64,000 nucleotides of DNA from Oscillospiraceae bacterium. Lineage in GTDB: Bacteria > Bacillota > Clostridia > Oscillospirales > Oscillospiraceae. Under the pieces are notes generated by a model that saw nothing but the letters and a program-made list of their open reading frames with translations, did no database searches and was not told the origin of the DNA. Positions 1 to 11,098 of the stretch are shown here, piece by piece. The stretch is taken from NCBI GenBank assembly GCA_031552685.1, contig JAVBMI010000019.1, positions 2,771 to 66,770 of the forward strand, given 5' to 3'. Within the stretch, counting starts at the first letter, position 1; each line of letters begins with the position of its first letter. Position numbers and translations under genes: made by a program.

Positions 1-1060
<1,060 letters not shown>

Positions 1061-1071
<11 letters not shown>

Positions 1072-2140
1072 TTGTTCCATCTCCTTTGATTTGCAGCTTA
1101 TCAAAACCGGGTGGTGCTTCACCCGCACCCAAAAGTCTGCTCAGTCCGGCGGCAATATAGCTCAGCTTTGCCGCAACGCCGGAATAGTCCATTCGTGTGG
1201 GGCCGACGACCCCGATAATGCCCTTCATATTATCACCGGCGTCATAACGGGCAATAATAACACTTGAATCTTTCAGCTCCGCGGCAACATTTTCCGGGCC
1301 GATGAGAATTTCGATGTCGCCGTCACCGTCTCCGGCGGGCAATCCCAGCAGGTGGCTGCTGTCGGAAAGGAAGCTCATCAAATTATGCGCCTTGTCGGGA
1401 TCTCTGAATTCCGGCAGCCGCAAAAGCTGGGCTTCGCCGGTGACCACAGCCTCTCCCTGAGCGGCGTCCTTTAATACTTCAATCGTAAAGGTTGCCACAA
1501 CGGAAACCAGACCCATTGTGTCGCCGCAGGCAATTTCCGCAGAGTCAATCAGCGAGGCGTCAATTACACCGTGCGGAATGCCGGTGAAGCTGGAATTGAA
1601 AACCGAGGCAAGCCTTGCAACCATTCCCTGCTCAACCGAGAAAGGAAGGCGGATGAGTTTGTTATGAACAGTGCTGTTCTCCAGCATAACAACAATAATA
1701 AAGGTATTTGCGTCAACATAAATAATGTCAAAGCGCGAAGCGGTTGCCGCGGCGGGAACCGCCAGAGCAAGCGCGGGGTAGCTTGTGAGTGAGGAGGCCA
1801 GACTTCCGACATCTGTCATCAGCTTGTCGAGCTGCTTGATTTTCAGCTGCAGACTTCTGTTGATTTCTTCCGTCTCCTCCATTGAAAGGCGCTGCCGCTC
1901 CATGAGCTCGTTGACGTAAAGGCGGTAACCCGAGGGTGAAGGAACCCGTCCGGCCGATGTGTGGGGCTGTTCAAGCAGACCAAGGGCTGTCAGCTCCGCA
2001 AGCTCGTTGCGGATAGTTGCGCTGGAGAGCCCGAGCTCGCCCGCGTCCGCAATCGCTTTGGAGCCGACCGGTTCCGCGGTTGTGATATAAGAATCAATAA
2101 CCGCGGAAAGTATTTTTTTCTTGCGGTCACTGATGTTCAT
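1061..2140 (-). CDS. hrcA: Heat-inducible transcription repressor HrcA
   Basis: MNISDRKKKILSAVIDSYITTAEPVGSKAI is the typical HrcA winged-helix N-terminus. GGAGG lies 7 nt upstream of the ATG at 2140. A CIRCE operator lies upstream. Confidence 0.92.
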
Positions 2141-2195
2141 CGCTATGCCTCCGTTTCGTTCGGGGACGTCTTCTGGCACTCGCTCCTAACGAGCA

Positions 2196-2222
2196 CTGGC
2201 ACTCTCGCCATCTGAGTGCTAA
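2196..2222 (-). promoter_or_regulatory. CIRCE operator (HrcA binding site)
   Basis: The minus strand reads TTAGCACTC-agatggcga-GAGTGCCAG, against consensus TTAGCACTC-N9-GAGTGCTAA. The left arm is perfect and the right arm has 2 mismatches. It sits about 55 nt upstream of hrcA. Confidence 0.85.
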
Positions 2223-2249
2223 TTTAGCACTATTGCCTTTTGTTGTCAA
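2221..2249 (-). promoter_or_regulatory. Putative sigma-A promoter of hrcA-grpE-dnaK
   Basis: The minus strand has TTGACA, a 17-nt spacer and TAAATT. The -10 directly abuts and overlaps the CIRCE left arm. Confidence 0.5.
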
Positions 2250-2461
2250 TAGATTTTATCTAAATTGATGATTTGTTCACAAATAGTCATGGGATATTCT
2301 CTTGCGCCGGTGAGAACCCAAAGCCGATAAGACACAAAGCTCAGAAAATAAAAGTTTTACTTGCATTTAGGAAATTGTTCTGCTATTATTATGTAGCTAT
2401 TCGTTTGAACCGAGCAAAATCGGCGCAAGGGATGAATTTTTTTACAGGAGGTGCAGAGAAG

Positions 2462-2650
2462 ATGGCGAAATGTGAAGTTTGCGGGAAGGGCGTTTCCTTC
2501 GGTATCCAGGTCAGCCATTCGCACAGACGCTCCAATCGTACATGGAAGCCCAACGTCAAGCGCGTCAAGGTTGTCATGAACGGAACCCCCAAGCATGTCT
2601 ACGTTTGCACCCGTTGCTTGCGCAGCGGTAAGGTTACCCGCGCAGTATAG
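2462..2650 (+). CDS. rpmB: 50S ribosomal protein L28
   Basis: [37 protein letters not shown] is the classic L28 sequence. The product is 62 aa and there is a GGAGG RBS. Confidence 0.95.
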   Translation: MAKCEVCGKGVSFGIQVSHSHRRSNRTWKPNVKRVKVVMNGTPKHVYVCTRCLRSGKVTRAV

Positions 2651-2664
2651 ATATTGCTTTTACG

Positions 2665-2704
2665 AACACCGCTTTGCTTTTGCAGGGCGGTGTTTTTCTT
2701 TTTT
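2665..2704 (+). terminator. Rho-independent terminator after rpmB
   Basis: Stem aacaccgc/gcggtgtt followed by a T-run. Confidence 0.7.
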
Positions 2705-2815
2705 GAGATAAGTCGCGGCAATGTGCTTGCCAAAACGCTGCCGGGTGTTTACAATGGTAATGTGTAATTATAAAGCACTTTTTCCGCAAGCAAAGGAAAG
2801 GAAGGGCTACAAAAG

Positions 2816-3766
2816 ATGGCTGAAACATATTCCGTTTTGCTCTCACAATTGGTTGAGGAGCATAAGCTGAAAATAGAAAATGCGTCTGCTGATTTTGCCA
2901 CAGCAAAAATAACCAGCATGGCGGTTGGTAGACCCGGTCTGCAATTCGCGGGGTTTTACGAGTATTTTGACCCTGAGCGTATTCTGGTTTACGGCAAGCA
3001 GGAACACACCTATCTTGAGCGTCTTTCTCCGGAGGAGAGATTCGCATCTGTTGCCGGACTCATGCTCCGCAGGCCCTGTGCGCTGATTGCCTGCCACGGT
3101 GTGGGCGTACTGCCGGAAATGGTAGAACTGGCGGCAAAATATGATGTTAACGTGCTTTCCTCTGAGCATGACACCTCGGAGTTTATGGCGCGGCTTATCA
3201 GCGCGCTGCACGTTTATCTTGCCCCCCGACAGACGATACACGCGGTTTTGGTTGAGGTCTACGGCGAAGGGCTTCTGATAATGGGCGATTCGGGCATAGG
3301 AAAGAGCGAAACTGCACTCGAGCTTATCAAGCGAGGTCACCGGCTCATCGCGGACGATGCGGTGGAAATCCGCCGTATTTCGGCGGACACTTTAGTCGGG
3401 CAGTCACCGCCGCTGATTCGGCATTACATGGAATTTCGAGGCATCGGCATAGTCAACGCCCGTTATATTTTCGGCGTAGGTGCCGTAAAATCTACCCAGA
3501 GCATCCATTTGGCGGTTCGCCTTGAAAACTGGGAAGACTATAAGCCCTACAACCGTTTGGGGGCGGATACGGAATACACTGAGATTCTTGGTGTTGGTGT
3601 TCCCTCCGTTACTATTCCTGTGCGGCCGGGCCGAAACCTCGCGGTAATTCTTGAGCTTGCCGCCATGAACAACCGCCAGAAAAAACTGGGCTACAACGCT
3701 GCCCAGGATTTAGAGGAGCGTCATGACGCCGGAATAGACAGCGGCTTTGACACTGATTTTTATTGA
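2816..3766 (+). CDS. hprK: HPr kinase/phosphorylase
   Basis: Walker A GDSGIGKSETALELIKRGHRLIADDAVEI and the overall HprK/P architecture. Confidence 0.9.
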   Translation: MAETYSVLLSQLVEEHKLKIENASADFATAKITSMAVGRPGLQFAGFYEYFDPERILVYGKQEHTYLERLSPEERFASVAGLMLRRPCALIACHGVGVLPEMVELAAKYDVNVLSSEHDTSEFMARLISALHVYLAPRQTIHAVLVEVYGEGLLIMGDSGIGKSETALELIKRGHRLIADDAVEIRRISADTLVGQSPPLIRHYMEFRGIGIVNARYIFGVGAVKSTQSIHLAVRLENWEDYKPYNRLGADTEYTEILGVGVPSVTIPVRPGRNLAVILELAAMNNRQKKLGYNAAQDLEERHDAGIDSGFDTDFY

Positions 3767-3801
3767 TCGCGGTATAGCCTGCGGAATTATTAGGAGCAAT
3801 A

Positions 3802-4707
3802 ATGATTGAGCTGATAAGAGCAATTCGCATTAAGATACCCTTGCTGGAGCTGAGGGAGAACGAGGAAATGAGCCGCCACTGCTCATTCAGAATAGGCGGG
3901 CGCGTGCGCGCAATGGCGTTTCCCGCATCAATGGAGGAACTCACTGCCCTGCTCGCAATTTTGCGGGAAGGGGGCGTAACTCCGCTGATAATTGGCAACG
4001 GAACCAACTTGCTGGTTACTGACGCGCCGCTCGATCGCTTTGTCATCAAGATTTCTGAAAACATGAGCGCCGTCGAAAAGCGAGGGGAAACGGAAATATA
4101 CGCTCTGGCGGGGATATCCCTCGCGCGCTTGGCTACTTTTTGCGCGGGAGAGAGCCTGACGGGTCTGGAATTTGCCCACGGGATCCCCGGCACCCTTGGA
4201 GGCGCGGCGAGCATGAACGCCGGTGCCTACGGCGGGGAGATGAAGGACGTTCTCACCTATGTAACATATATAGATGAGGACGGGAATCTCGCGGAGAAAC
4301 GCGGCAATGAGCTGGAACTTTCCTACCGGCACAGCGTTTTTTCGGACACAAACTGCGTGATTACAGCCTGTGGACTGTCGCTGAAAAAAGGCTGCCCCGA
4401 GGATATTAAAGAAAAAATGCGGGAGCTGGCCGAAAAGCGCAGAAGCTCCCAGCCGCTCGACAAGCCCTCTGCGGGGAGTACCTTCAAGCGCCCGAAAACC
4501 GGCTACGCCGCCGCCCTCATTGACGAGTCTGGACTCAAGGGCTTCAAAATAGGCGGCGCGCAGGTCAGCGAAAAGCACGCCGGCTTCGTCATCAACGCGG
4601 GCGATGCGAGCTTTGACGATGTTCTTGCGCTTATGGAGCACATCAGACAGAAAGTTTTTGAGAAAAGCGGCATCAGCCTCGAGGCAGAAATTAAGATCAT
4701 TCGATGA
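3802..4707 (+). CDS. murB: UDP-N-acetylenolpyruvoylglucosamine reductase
   Basis: The FAD-binding MurB pattern is present (RHCSFRIGG..., GNGTNLLV, GGAQVSEKHAGFVIN). Confidence 0.9.
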   Translation: MIELIRAIRIKIPLLELRENEEMSRHCSFRIGGRVRAMAFPASMEELTALLAILREGGVTPLIIGNGTNLLVTDAPLDRFVIKISENMSAVEKRGETEIYALAGISLARLATFCAGESLTGLEFAHGIPGTLGGAASMNAGAYGGEMKDVLTYVTYIDEDGNLAEKRGNELELSYRHSVFSDTNCVITACGLSLKKGCPEDIKEKMRELAEKRRSSQPLDKPSAGSTFKRPKTGYAAALIDESGLKGFKIGGAQVSEKHAGFVINAGDASFDDVLALMEHIRQKVFEKSGISLEAEIKIIR

Positions 4708-4762
4708 GCTACGCGGAAGTATGGCGCGTTTGCCGGAAACAGCTTACAGGAGGGGAAAACCT

Positions 4763-5620
4763 ATGGAATTTCTGATAATCTCAGGCCTTTCCGGCGCGGG
4801 AAAGAGCCGTGCGGCAAATATGCTTGAGGACCTGTCCTACTACTGCGTGGACAACATGCCCATTGCGCTGATTCCAAAATTTGCCCAGCTTTGTATGGCT
4901 GCCAATGACCGCTACGAGCGGGTTGTTCTGGTTACGGATATCCGTGAGCGAGCGAGCTTTGAGGAGCTTTTCGAGGTTCTGGATGGTCTTTGGGAGCTCA
5001 ATTGTGATTATCGCATTCTTTTTATGGAGGCGGATGTCAATACCATCGTCACGAGATACAAAGAAACGCGCCGCCGCCATCCGCTTTCCGCTCCGGGAAT
5101 TTCCATTGAGCAGGCGATTGAAAAAGAGATCAAGCTGCTCTCTCCGGTTCGTGAACGGGCGGACTATGTGATAAACACCTCCAACCTTACACTCGGAATG
5201 TTGCAGGGCGAGCTTTACCGCCTGTTTGTCGGCACGGATGCAAAGAACAAAATGGTCGTTAACGTTATGAGCTTCGGCTTCAAATTCGGCATTCCAATTG
5301 AGTCCGATCTGGTTTTTGACGTGCGCTTTTTGCCCAATCCCTACTACGTTGCCGAGCTTCGCCCCTTTAGCGGACTGGACGCTCCGGTGAGGGATTTTGT
5401 GTTTCTGCGGGGTGAGACAAAAGAGTTTATGGGACATCTTGAGCAAATGATGAAATTCCTGTTGCCGCAGTATGCCGAGGAGGGCAAGCTCAGCCTGACC
5501 GTTGCGATTGGCTGCACAGGCGGTCGCCACCGCAGCGTTGCCATTGCCAGAGCCTTGAGCGAGAGCATTAATGCCATGGGCTACAGCGCGCAAAACATTA
5601 ATCGCGACATCAACAAGTAG
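4763..5620 (+). CDS. rapZ: RNase adapter protein RapZ (YvcJ family P-loop NTPase)
   Basis: MEFLIISGLSGAGKSRAANMLEDLSYYCVDNMP and the C-terminal GCTGGRHRSV motif. I chose the start at 4763 (GGAGGGG RBS) rather than the ORF-track start, which overlaps murB. Confidence 0.9.
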   Translation: MEFLIISGLSGAGKSRAANMLEDLSYYCVDNMPIALIPKFAQLCMAANDRYERVVLVTDIRERASFEELFEVLDGLWELNCDYRILFMEADVNTIVTRYKETRRRHPLSAPGISIEQAIEKEIKLLSPVRERADYVINTSNLTLGMLQGELYRLFVGTDAKNKMVVNVMSFGFKFGIPIESDLVFDVRFLPNPYYVAELRPFSGLDAPVRDFVFLRGETKEFMGHLEQMMKFLLPQYAEEGKLSLTVAIGCTGGRHRSVAIARALSESINAMGYSAQNINRDINK

Positions 5621-5650
5621 TCGCCGCCGACAAATGGTTGGGAGGGCAAT

Positions 5651-6649
5651 ATGAAGAATGTGTATACAGAGCCGTCCGTTGTCGCCTTGGGCGGCGGAAC
5701 AGGGCTTTCAACAATGCTTCGGGGTCTGAAGAAGTATACAAAAAAAATTACCGCCATTGTCACGATGGCAGACGACGGCGGCGGCTCGGGAATTTTGCGC
5801 GACGAGCTTGGGATGCCCCCGCCGGGCGACGTGCGCAACTGTCTGCAGGCTCTTGCAAACGCAGAGCCGACCATGCAGCAGCTCCTGAAATACCGCTTCA
5901 CAGAGGGCGGTTTGCGCGGGCAGAGCATGGGGAACCTGTTTCTCGCCGCTCTCAACGATATTTCGGGCTCGTTCTACGGCGCCGTCCGCAGTTTATCGGA
6001 GGTTTTGGCCATAACCGGACAGGTGCTGCCGGTCACCACCGAGGACGTGCGACTGCTGGCCTGTTTTGACGACGGGACGGAGGTTTTGGGAGAGTCCAAA
6101 ATCCGCGACTTCAAGAAGCAGGGCGACAGGAGAATCAGCTGCGTGAAGATTCTGCCGGAAAATCCCCCGGCTCTCAGAGAAAGCATCCGAGCCCTTGAGG
6201 AGGCGGACATGATTCTGCTCGGGCCGGGCAGTCTCTACACCAGCATAATCCCGAACCTGCTCACAGACGGGATAAGCCGGGCGATAGCGGAGTCTGACGC
6301 CCTGCGTATCTATGTTCTGAACGTGGCCACAGAGGACGGCGAAACCGATAACTACACGGCCTCCGATCACGTGCGCGCGCTTTTCAAGCATGGAACGGAA
6401 AAGCTTTTTGATTATTGTCTTGCCAACAGCACGCCTTTCCCAGAAAACGTTATTATCAACCACGCCTCTGTCGGCGGAGGACAAACCACCGTTGACACGG
6501 GTGAACTTGAGCGTCTGGGCGTCACGACGATTCTGCGTCCGATTCTGGACTACAGCGATGGCTTTGCCCATCACGACTCGAATCTTCTGGCAAGAGAATT
6601 AATGAATATTTACAGGGAAAAATCTCCCACGAGGATATACAATACATAG
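5651..6649 (+). CDS. yvcK: Gluconeogenesis factor YvcK / CofD-like family protein
   Basis: VVALGGGTGLSTMLRGLKKYT...ITAIVTMADDGGGSG is the YvcK signature. It keeps the conserved position between rapZ and whiA. Confidence 0.88.
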   Translation: MKNVYTEPSVVALGGGTGLSTMLRGLKKYTKKITAIVTMADDGGGSGILRDELGMPPPGDVRNCLQALANAEPTMQQLLKYRFTEGGLRGQSMGNLFLAALNDISGSFYGAVRSLSEVLAITGQVLPVTTEDVRLLACFDDGTEVLGESKIRDFKKQGDRRISCVKILPENPPALRESIRALEEADMILLGPGSLYTSIIPNLLTDGISRAIAESDALRIYVLNVATEDGETDNYTASDHVRALFKHGTEKLFDYCLANSTPFPENVIINHASVGGGQTTVDTGELERLGVTTILRPILDYSDGFAHHDSNLLARELMNIYREKSPTRIYNT

Positions 6650-6684
6650 GCGTCCGGGCAAAAGTAACAAACAGGAGGTGCAAA

Positions 6685-7584
6685 ATGTCGTTCTCATCAG
6701 ACACCAAGGCGGAGCTGTGCCGCGATGGCATGAGTCGGCATTGCTGCGCCGTTGCGGAGGCCTACGGCGTTTTGCTGTTCTGCAACCTTTTTTCGGCTCA
6801 GGAAATACGAATTATTACTGGAAGCACAGATTTTGCCGATAGGTTGCCGAGATTGTTTAAGCGCGCCTTCGGATTGGCTTTTGACCCTGTGCCAACGGTT
6901 GAAACCAAGGGTAAGCAGACCTTTTCGATAACAGGCAAAAAGGCGATCGAGCAGGTTTTTTCAGCTTATGGCTACGTTGCGGAGGACATTCTCGCCCACC
7001 ACATCAACCTGAGCGTTTTGGAGGATTCCTGCTGCAAAACGGCCTTTCTAAAGGGCGCATTTCTTGCAGGTGGCAGTATTTCAGACCCGGAAAAGAGCTA
7101 TCATCTGGAGCTTGTAACGCCGCACTATAATGTCAGCCGCGAGGCTTTTTCAATTTTGCTGGAGCTTGGGTTTTCACCTAAGGATGCCTCCCGCGGCGGC
7201 AACTACATCATCTATTTCAAGCAGTCGGCCGCAATAGAGGACTTTCTCACCATGCTCGGCGCACCGGTTTCGGCCATGGATATCATGTCGGCAAAGGTCG
7301 AAAAGGATATGCGCAACACCATAAACCGCCGTGTGAACTGCGACAGCGCGAATGCGGACAAAATAGTTTCCGCCGCTCAGGAGCAGCTGGAGGCAATTCG
7401 CCGCATTGAGCAAAAGCTCGGGCTGGACGAGCTGCCCGAGAAACTGCGCGAAACGGCACTATTAAGAATTGCGAATCCGGACTCCAGCATTTCGGATCTG
7501 GCTGCCCTGTCGATGCCGTCTGTGAGCAAAAGCTGCATGAATCACAGGCTCCGCAAGCTGCTGGAGCTGGAACAGACTCTGTAA
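6685..7584 (+). CDS. whiA: DNA-binding protein WhiA
   Basis: The N-terminus MSFSSDTKAELC is typical, followed by a LAGLIDADG-like core and a C-terminal HTH (SVSKSCMNHRLRKL). Confidence 0.9.
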   Translation: MSFSSDTKAELCRDGMSRHCCAVAEAYGVLLFCNLFSAQEIRIITGSTDFADRLPRLFKRAFGLAFDPVPTVETKGKQTFSITGKKAIEQVFSAYGYVAEDILAHHINLSVLEDSCCKTAFLKGAFLAGGSISDPEKSYHLELVTPHYNVSREAFSILLELGFSPKDASRGGNYIIYFKQSAAIEDFLTMLGAPVSAMDIMSAKVEKDMRNTINRRVNCDSANADKIVSAAQEQLEAIRRIEQKLGLDELPEKLRETALLRIANPDSSISDLAALSMPSVSKSCMNHRLRKLLELEQTL

Positions 7585-7595
7585 GGAGAAAAACA

Positions 7596-10500
7596 ATGGC
7601 CTTTACCCATCTGCATGTTCATAGTGAATTCAGTCTCCTGGACGGCGCCTGCCGCGTAAAGGAGATGGCTGCCTATGCCAAAGAGCTGGGTCAGGAGGCC
7701 CTTGCCATAACAGACCACGGTGTCATGTACGGCGCGGTGGCCTTTTTCAACGCCTGCAGGGAGGCGGGAATTAAACCGATAATCGGCTGTGAGGTCTATA
7801 TTGCTCCGCGCGGCATGGAGGACAAGGAATACGGCGCTGACTCGAATTATTCCCATCTCATTTTGCTGTGCAAAAACGAAACAGGCTACCGAAACCTCTG
7901 CTATCTCGTGAGCGAGGGCTTTACACGCGGCTTCTACATCAAGCCGCGCATCGACTGGCAACTTTTGATCGAGCATGCGCAGGGGCTTATTTGCCTTTCC
8001 GGCTGTATCGCCGGAGAAATTCAGCAGAAAATCATAAACGGCGACTACAACGGCGCGAAAAACCGTGCGCTTGAGCTTGCAAAGGTTTTTGGCGGTGACG
8101 GTTTCTATCTGGAGCTTCAGGCCCACGGCATCAATGCCGAGCGGGAGGCAGCCGAGGGGCTTGTGCGCCTGCACCGCGAAACAGGAATCCCCCTTGTGCT
8201 GACTAACGACGCGCACTATACAAAAAAGCAGGACGCCCGAAATCAGGACGTGCTCATGTGCGTTCAGATGCAAAAAACTCTGGACGATCCTGATAGGATG
8301 CGCTTTGAGGGCAGCGAATTCTATCTCAAAAGCGAGCAGGAGATGCGAGAGCTGCTGGGAGAATACCCCGAAACGCAGGAGGCCGCCGACAACACTCGGA
8401 AAATCGCGGATATGTGCGATTTCAGCTTTGAATTCGGACACTATCATCTGCCGAAGTTTCCGTTGCCCGAGGGCGAGGAAAGAGCGGCGGAATACCTGAA
8501 AAAGCTCTGTGAAAAGGGCTTTCAAATGCGCTACGGCAATAACCGTCAGGACACCCAAAAGCTCAGGGAGCAGCTATATTACGAGCTGGACATGATAGAG
8601 AAAATGGGCTTTACAGACTACTTTCTTATCGTTTCCGACTTCATCTGGTATGCCAAGTCGAACGGTATCCCCGTCGGACCGGGGCGCGGCTCGGCTGCGG
8701 GAAGCATTGTGTCTTACTGTCTGGAGATCACGGACGTTGACCCGATAAAATACAGTCTGTTTTTTGAACGCTTCCTGAATCCGGAGCGAATTTCAATGCC
8801 GGATATCGATATCGACTTCTGCGTTGAGCGCAGGGGGGAAGTTATCGACTATGTCAACCGCAAATACGGCGCGGACCACGTTGCCCAAATCGTCACCTTC
8901 GGGACGATGGCGGCGCGTCTTGCCATACGCGACGTCGGGCGCGCTCTCGGTATCGGCTATGCAGAGTGCGACGCGGTAGCAAAGCAGATCCCCTTCGCTA
9001 TCGGCATCACCATTGAAGAAGCGCTTAAGCTCTCCCGTCCTCTGCGGGATATGTACGAGGGTGATGAGCGGATCCGCAATCTGGTAGACACCGCGAGGGC
9101 GCTTGAGGGAATGCCCCGTCACGCTTCCACCCACGCTGCCGGAGTAGTTATCACAGGAAAACCCGTATATGAGTATGTACCACTGGCGAAAAATGATGAG
9201 GCCGTGGTCTGTCAGTACCCCATGACCACGCTCGAGGAGCTGGGTCTGCTCAAAATGGACTTTCTCGGCCTGCGCAACCTGACGGTGCTGGAAAAATCCC
9301 AGCAGCTTGTGCGCAAAAAGCAGCCTGATTTTGACATTGAAAAGGTGCCGGATGATGATAAGGCTGTTTTTGAAATGATCTCCGAGGGAAGGACATCAGG
9401 CGTTTTTCAGCTTGAAAGCGCCGGCATGACAGGAGTTTGTACGGGTCTAAAACCAAAGTCGATTGAGGACATCACAGCGGTCATAGCCCTTTACCGACCG
9501 GGACCCATGGAGAGCATTCCGCGTTTCCTCGCTTGTGCTGTCGACCCGAAAAAAATCAGCTACAAGCACGAGCTGCTGCGCCCGATTCTCGATGTAACAT
9601 ACGGCTGTATTGTTTATCAGGAGCAGGTTATCGAGATTTTCCGCAGACTGGCGGGATTTTCCCTCGGTCAGGCCGACATGATCAGGCGAGCAATGTCGAA
9701 AAAGAAAGAAAAAGAGATTAAAAAGGAACGGACGGCGTTTATTTTCGGTGATCCCGAGCGCAAAATCAACGGCGCTGTCGCCAACGGTGTGCCCGAAAAA
9801 ATTGCCGGAAGCATTTATGACGAGATTCTGGACTTTGCCAACTACGCCTTCAACAAGGCGCATGCCGTTTCCTACGCCGTAATCTCTTACCGGACGGCCT
9901 ACATGAAGTGCCACTATCCCCGCGAATACATGGCGGCGCTGCTGTCTTCGGTTTTGGACAACACCCCCAAGGTCGCCGAATATATCGCCGAGTGCAGGGA
10001 CTGCGGAATCGCCCTGCTGCCGCCCGATATCAATGAATCTGAGGCAGACTTTACAGTTTCGGGTGAGAATATCCGCTTTGGACTTGTGGCGATAAAAAAT
10101 ATCGGACGCGGTTTCATCAGTGCGCTTGAAGAAAACCGAAGTGAACAGGGACCCTTTACCTCCTTTGAGGATTTCTGCAGGAGGATGCATGGCAGAGAGC
10201 TGAACAAGCGCGCAGTTGAAAATCTGATCCGCAGCGGGGCGTTTGACAGTCTTGGCTCAAAGCGCAGCCAGCTTCTGCGCGTATCAGAGCAGATAATCGA
10301 TGGCGTCAGCGATGCAGCCAGAAAGAATGTGGACGGTCAGCTCGACCTTTTCAGTATGGGCGGAGGGCAGAAGCAGTCGGAGAATTCAAGCGTCAAGCTG
10401 CCGGACATTCCGGAGTTCGCGGTTCGTGAGCTGATGACGATGGAGAAGGAAACCACCGGGCTTTACCTCTCCGGACACCCGATGGATGAGTACCGAGCGG

Positions 10501-11087
10501 CTGTCCTGAAGGCGGGGGCTGTGCCTATTGCGTCGATCGTTACCGATTTTGCGCAGGAGGGCGGGCCGACGAACTATCAGGACGACCAGCTTGTGACCCT
10601 TGCGGGCGTGATTGAGCACTCAAAAACCAGAACCACGCGCAACAACTCGCTGATGGCGTATATCCAGCTGGAGGATACCTCCGGCACGATTGAGATGTTG
10701 GCGTTTCAGAAAATACTCGACATCAGCGGCGGATATATAAAAGAAGGAGCGGCGATTGTAGTCAAGGGCAGGATTTCCGCCCGTGATGAAAAAGAACCCC
10801 AGATAATGGTGGAGTCTCTGCGGCCGATCAGCGACAATGACGCAGAGGACATGCCGACTCCTGCCGAGCGGGCAGCCGTTAAAACACTCTGGCTGAAGCT
10901 GCCGGCACAATCAGATCCCAGACTGCAGAAGATAGAAAATCTGCTGCTCATGTTTCAGGGCGATGATAAGCTGATAATCTACATCGAAGATGAGAAAAAA
11001 CGTATCGGCACAACCTGCATGGTACATGATTCACTTCTGCGGGAGCTGAGGGAGCTTCTCGGTGTGGAAAATGTAGTTGTAAAATAA
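7596..11087 (+). CDS. dnaE: DNA polymerase III alpha subunit (DnaE type)
   Basis: The product is 1163 aa. The PHP domain starts FTHLHVHSEFSLLDGA, and polymerase core motifs (GRGSAAGS, MPDIDIDF) are present. Confidence 0.95.
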   Translation: MAFTHLHVHSEFSLLDGACRVKEMAAYAKELGQEALAITDHGVMYGAVAFFNACREAGIKPIIGCEVYIAPRGMEDKEYGADSNYSHLILLCKNETGYRNLCYLVSEGFTRGFYIKPRIDWQLLIEHAQGLICLSGCIAGEIQQKIINGDYNGAKNRALELAKVFGGDGFYLELQAHGINAEREAAEGLVRLHRETGIPLVLTNDAHYTKKQDARNQDVLMCVQMQKTLDDPDRMRFEGSEFYLKSEQEMRELLGEYPETQEAADNTRKIADMCDFSFEFGHYHLPKFPLPEGEERAAEYLKKLCEKGFQMRYGNNRQDTQKLREQLYYELDMIEKMGFTDYFLIVSDFIWYAKSNGIPVGPGRGSAAGSIVSYCLEITDVDPIKYSLFFERFLNPERISMPDIDIDFCVERRGEVIDYVNRKYGADHVAQIVTFGTMAARLAIRDVGRALGIGYAECDAVAKQIPFAIGITIEEALKLSRPLRDMYEGDERIRNLVDTARALEGMPRHASTHAAGVVITGKPVYEYVPLAKNDEAVVCQYPMTTLEELGLLKMDFLGLRNLTVLEKSQQLVRKKQPDFDIEKVPDDDKAVFEMISEGRTSGVFQLESAGMTGVCTGLKPKSIEDITAVIALYRPGPMESIPRFLACAVDPKKISYKHELLRPILDVTYGCIVYQEQVIEIFRRLAGFSLGQADMIRRAMSKKKEKEIKKERTAFIFGDPERKINGAVANGVPEKIAGSIYDEILDFANYAFNKAHAVSYAVISYRTAYMKCHYPREYMAALLSSVLDNTPKVAEYIAECRDCGIALLPPDINESEADFTVSGENIRFGLVAIKNIGRGFISALEENRSEQGPFTSFEDFCRRMHGRELNKRAVENLIRSGAFDSLGSKRSQLLRVSEQIIDGVSDAARKNVDGQLDLFSMGGGQKQSENSSVKLPDIPEFAVRELMTMEKETTGLYLSGHPMDEYRAAVLKAGAVPIASIVTDFAQEGGPTNYQDDQLVTLAGVIEHSKTRTTRNNSLMAYIQLEDTSGTIEMLAFQKILDISGGYIKEGAAIVVKGRISARDEKEPQIMVESLRPISDNDAEDMPTPAERAAVKTLWLKLPAQSDPRLQKIENLLLMFQGDDKLIIYIEDEKKRIGTTCMVHDSLLRELRELLGVENVVVK

Positions 11088-11098
11088 TAACGTTATTT

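Noticed and set aside
2173-2199. Second full CIRCE element next to the first
   Set aside because: The arms ctggcactc and gagcactgg are complementary to each other at only about 5 of 9 positions and match the consensus poorly. I treat it as degenerate half-site debris rather than a functional operator.
4604-4762. N-terminal extension of the rapZ ORF overlapping murB by about 100 nt
   Set aside because: The conserved RapZ N-terminus begins MEFLIISGLSGAGKS at 4763 with its own RBS. The extension has no homology-like features.
7542-8558. 338-aa ORF on the minus strand inside dnaE
   Set aside because: It is antisense to a confidently identified polymerase gene. It has no RBS, a low-complexity composition and no recognisable motifs. 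It is a typical shadow ORF in GC-rich coding sequence.
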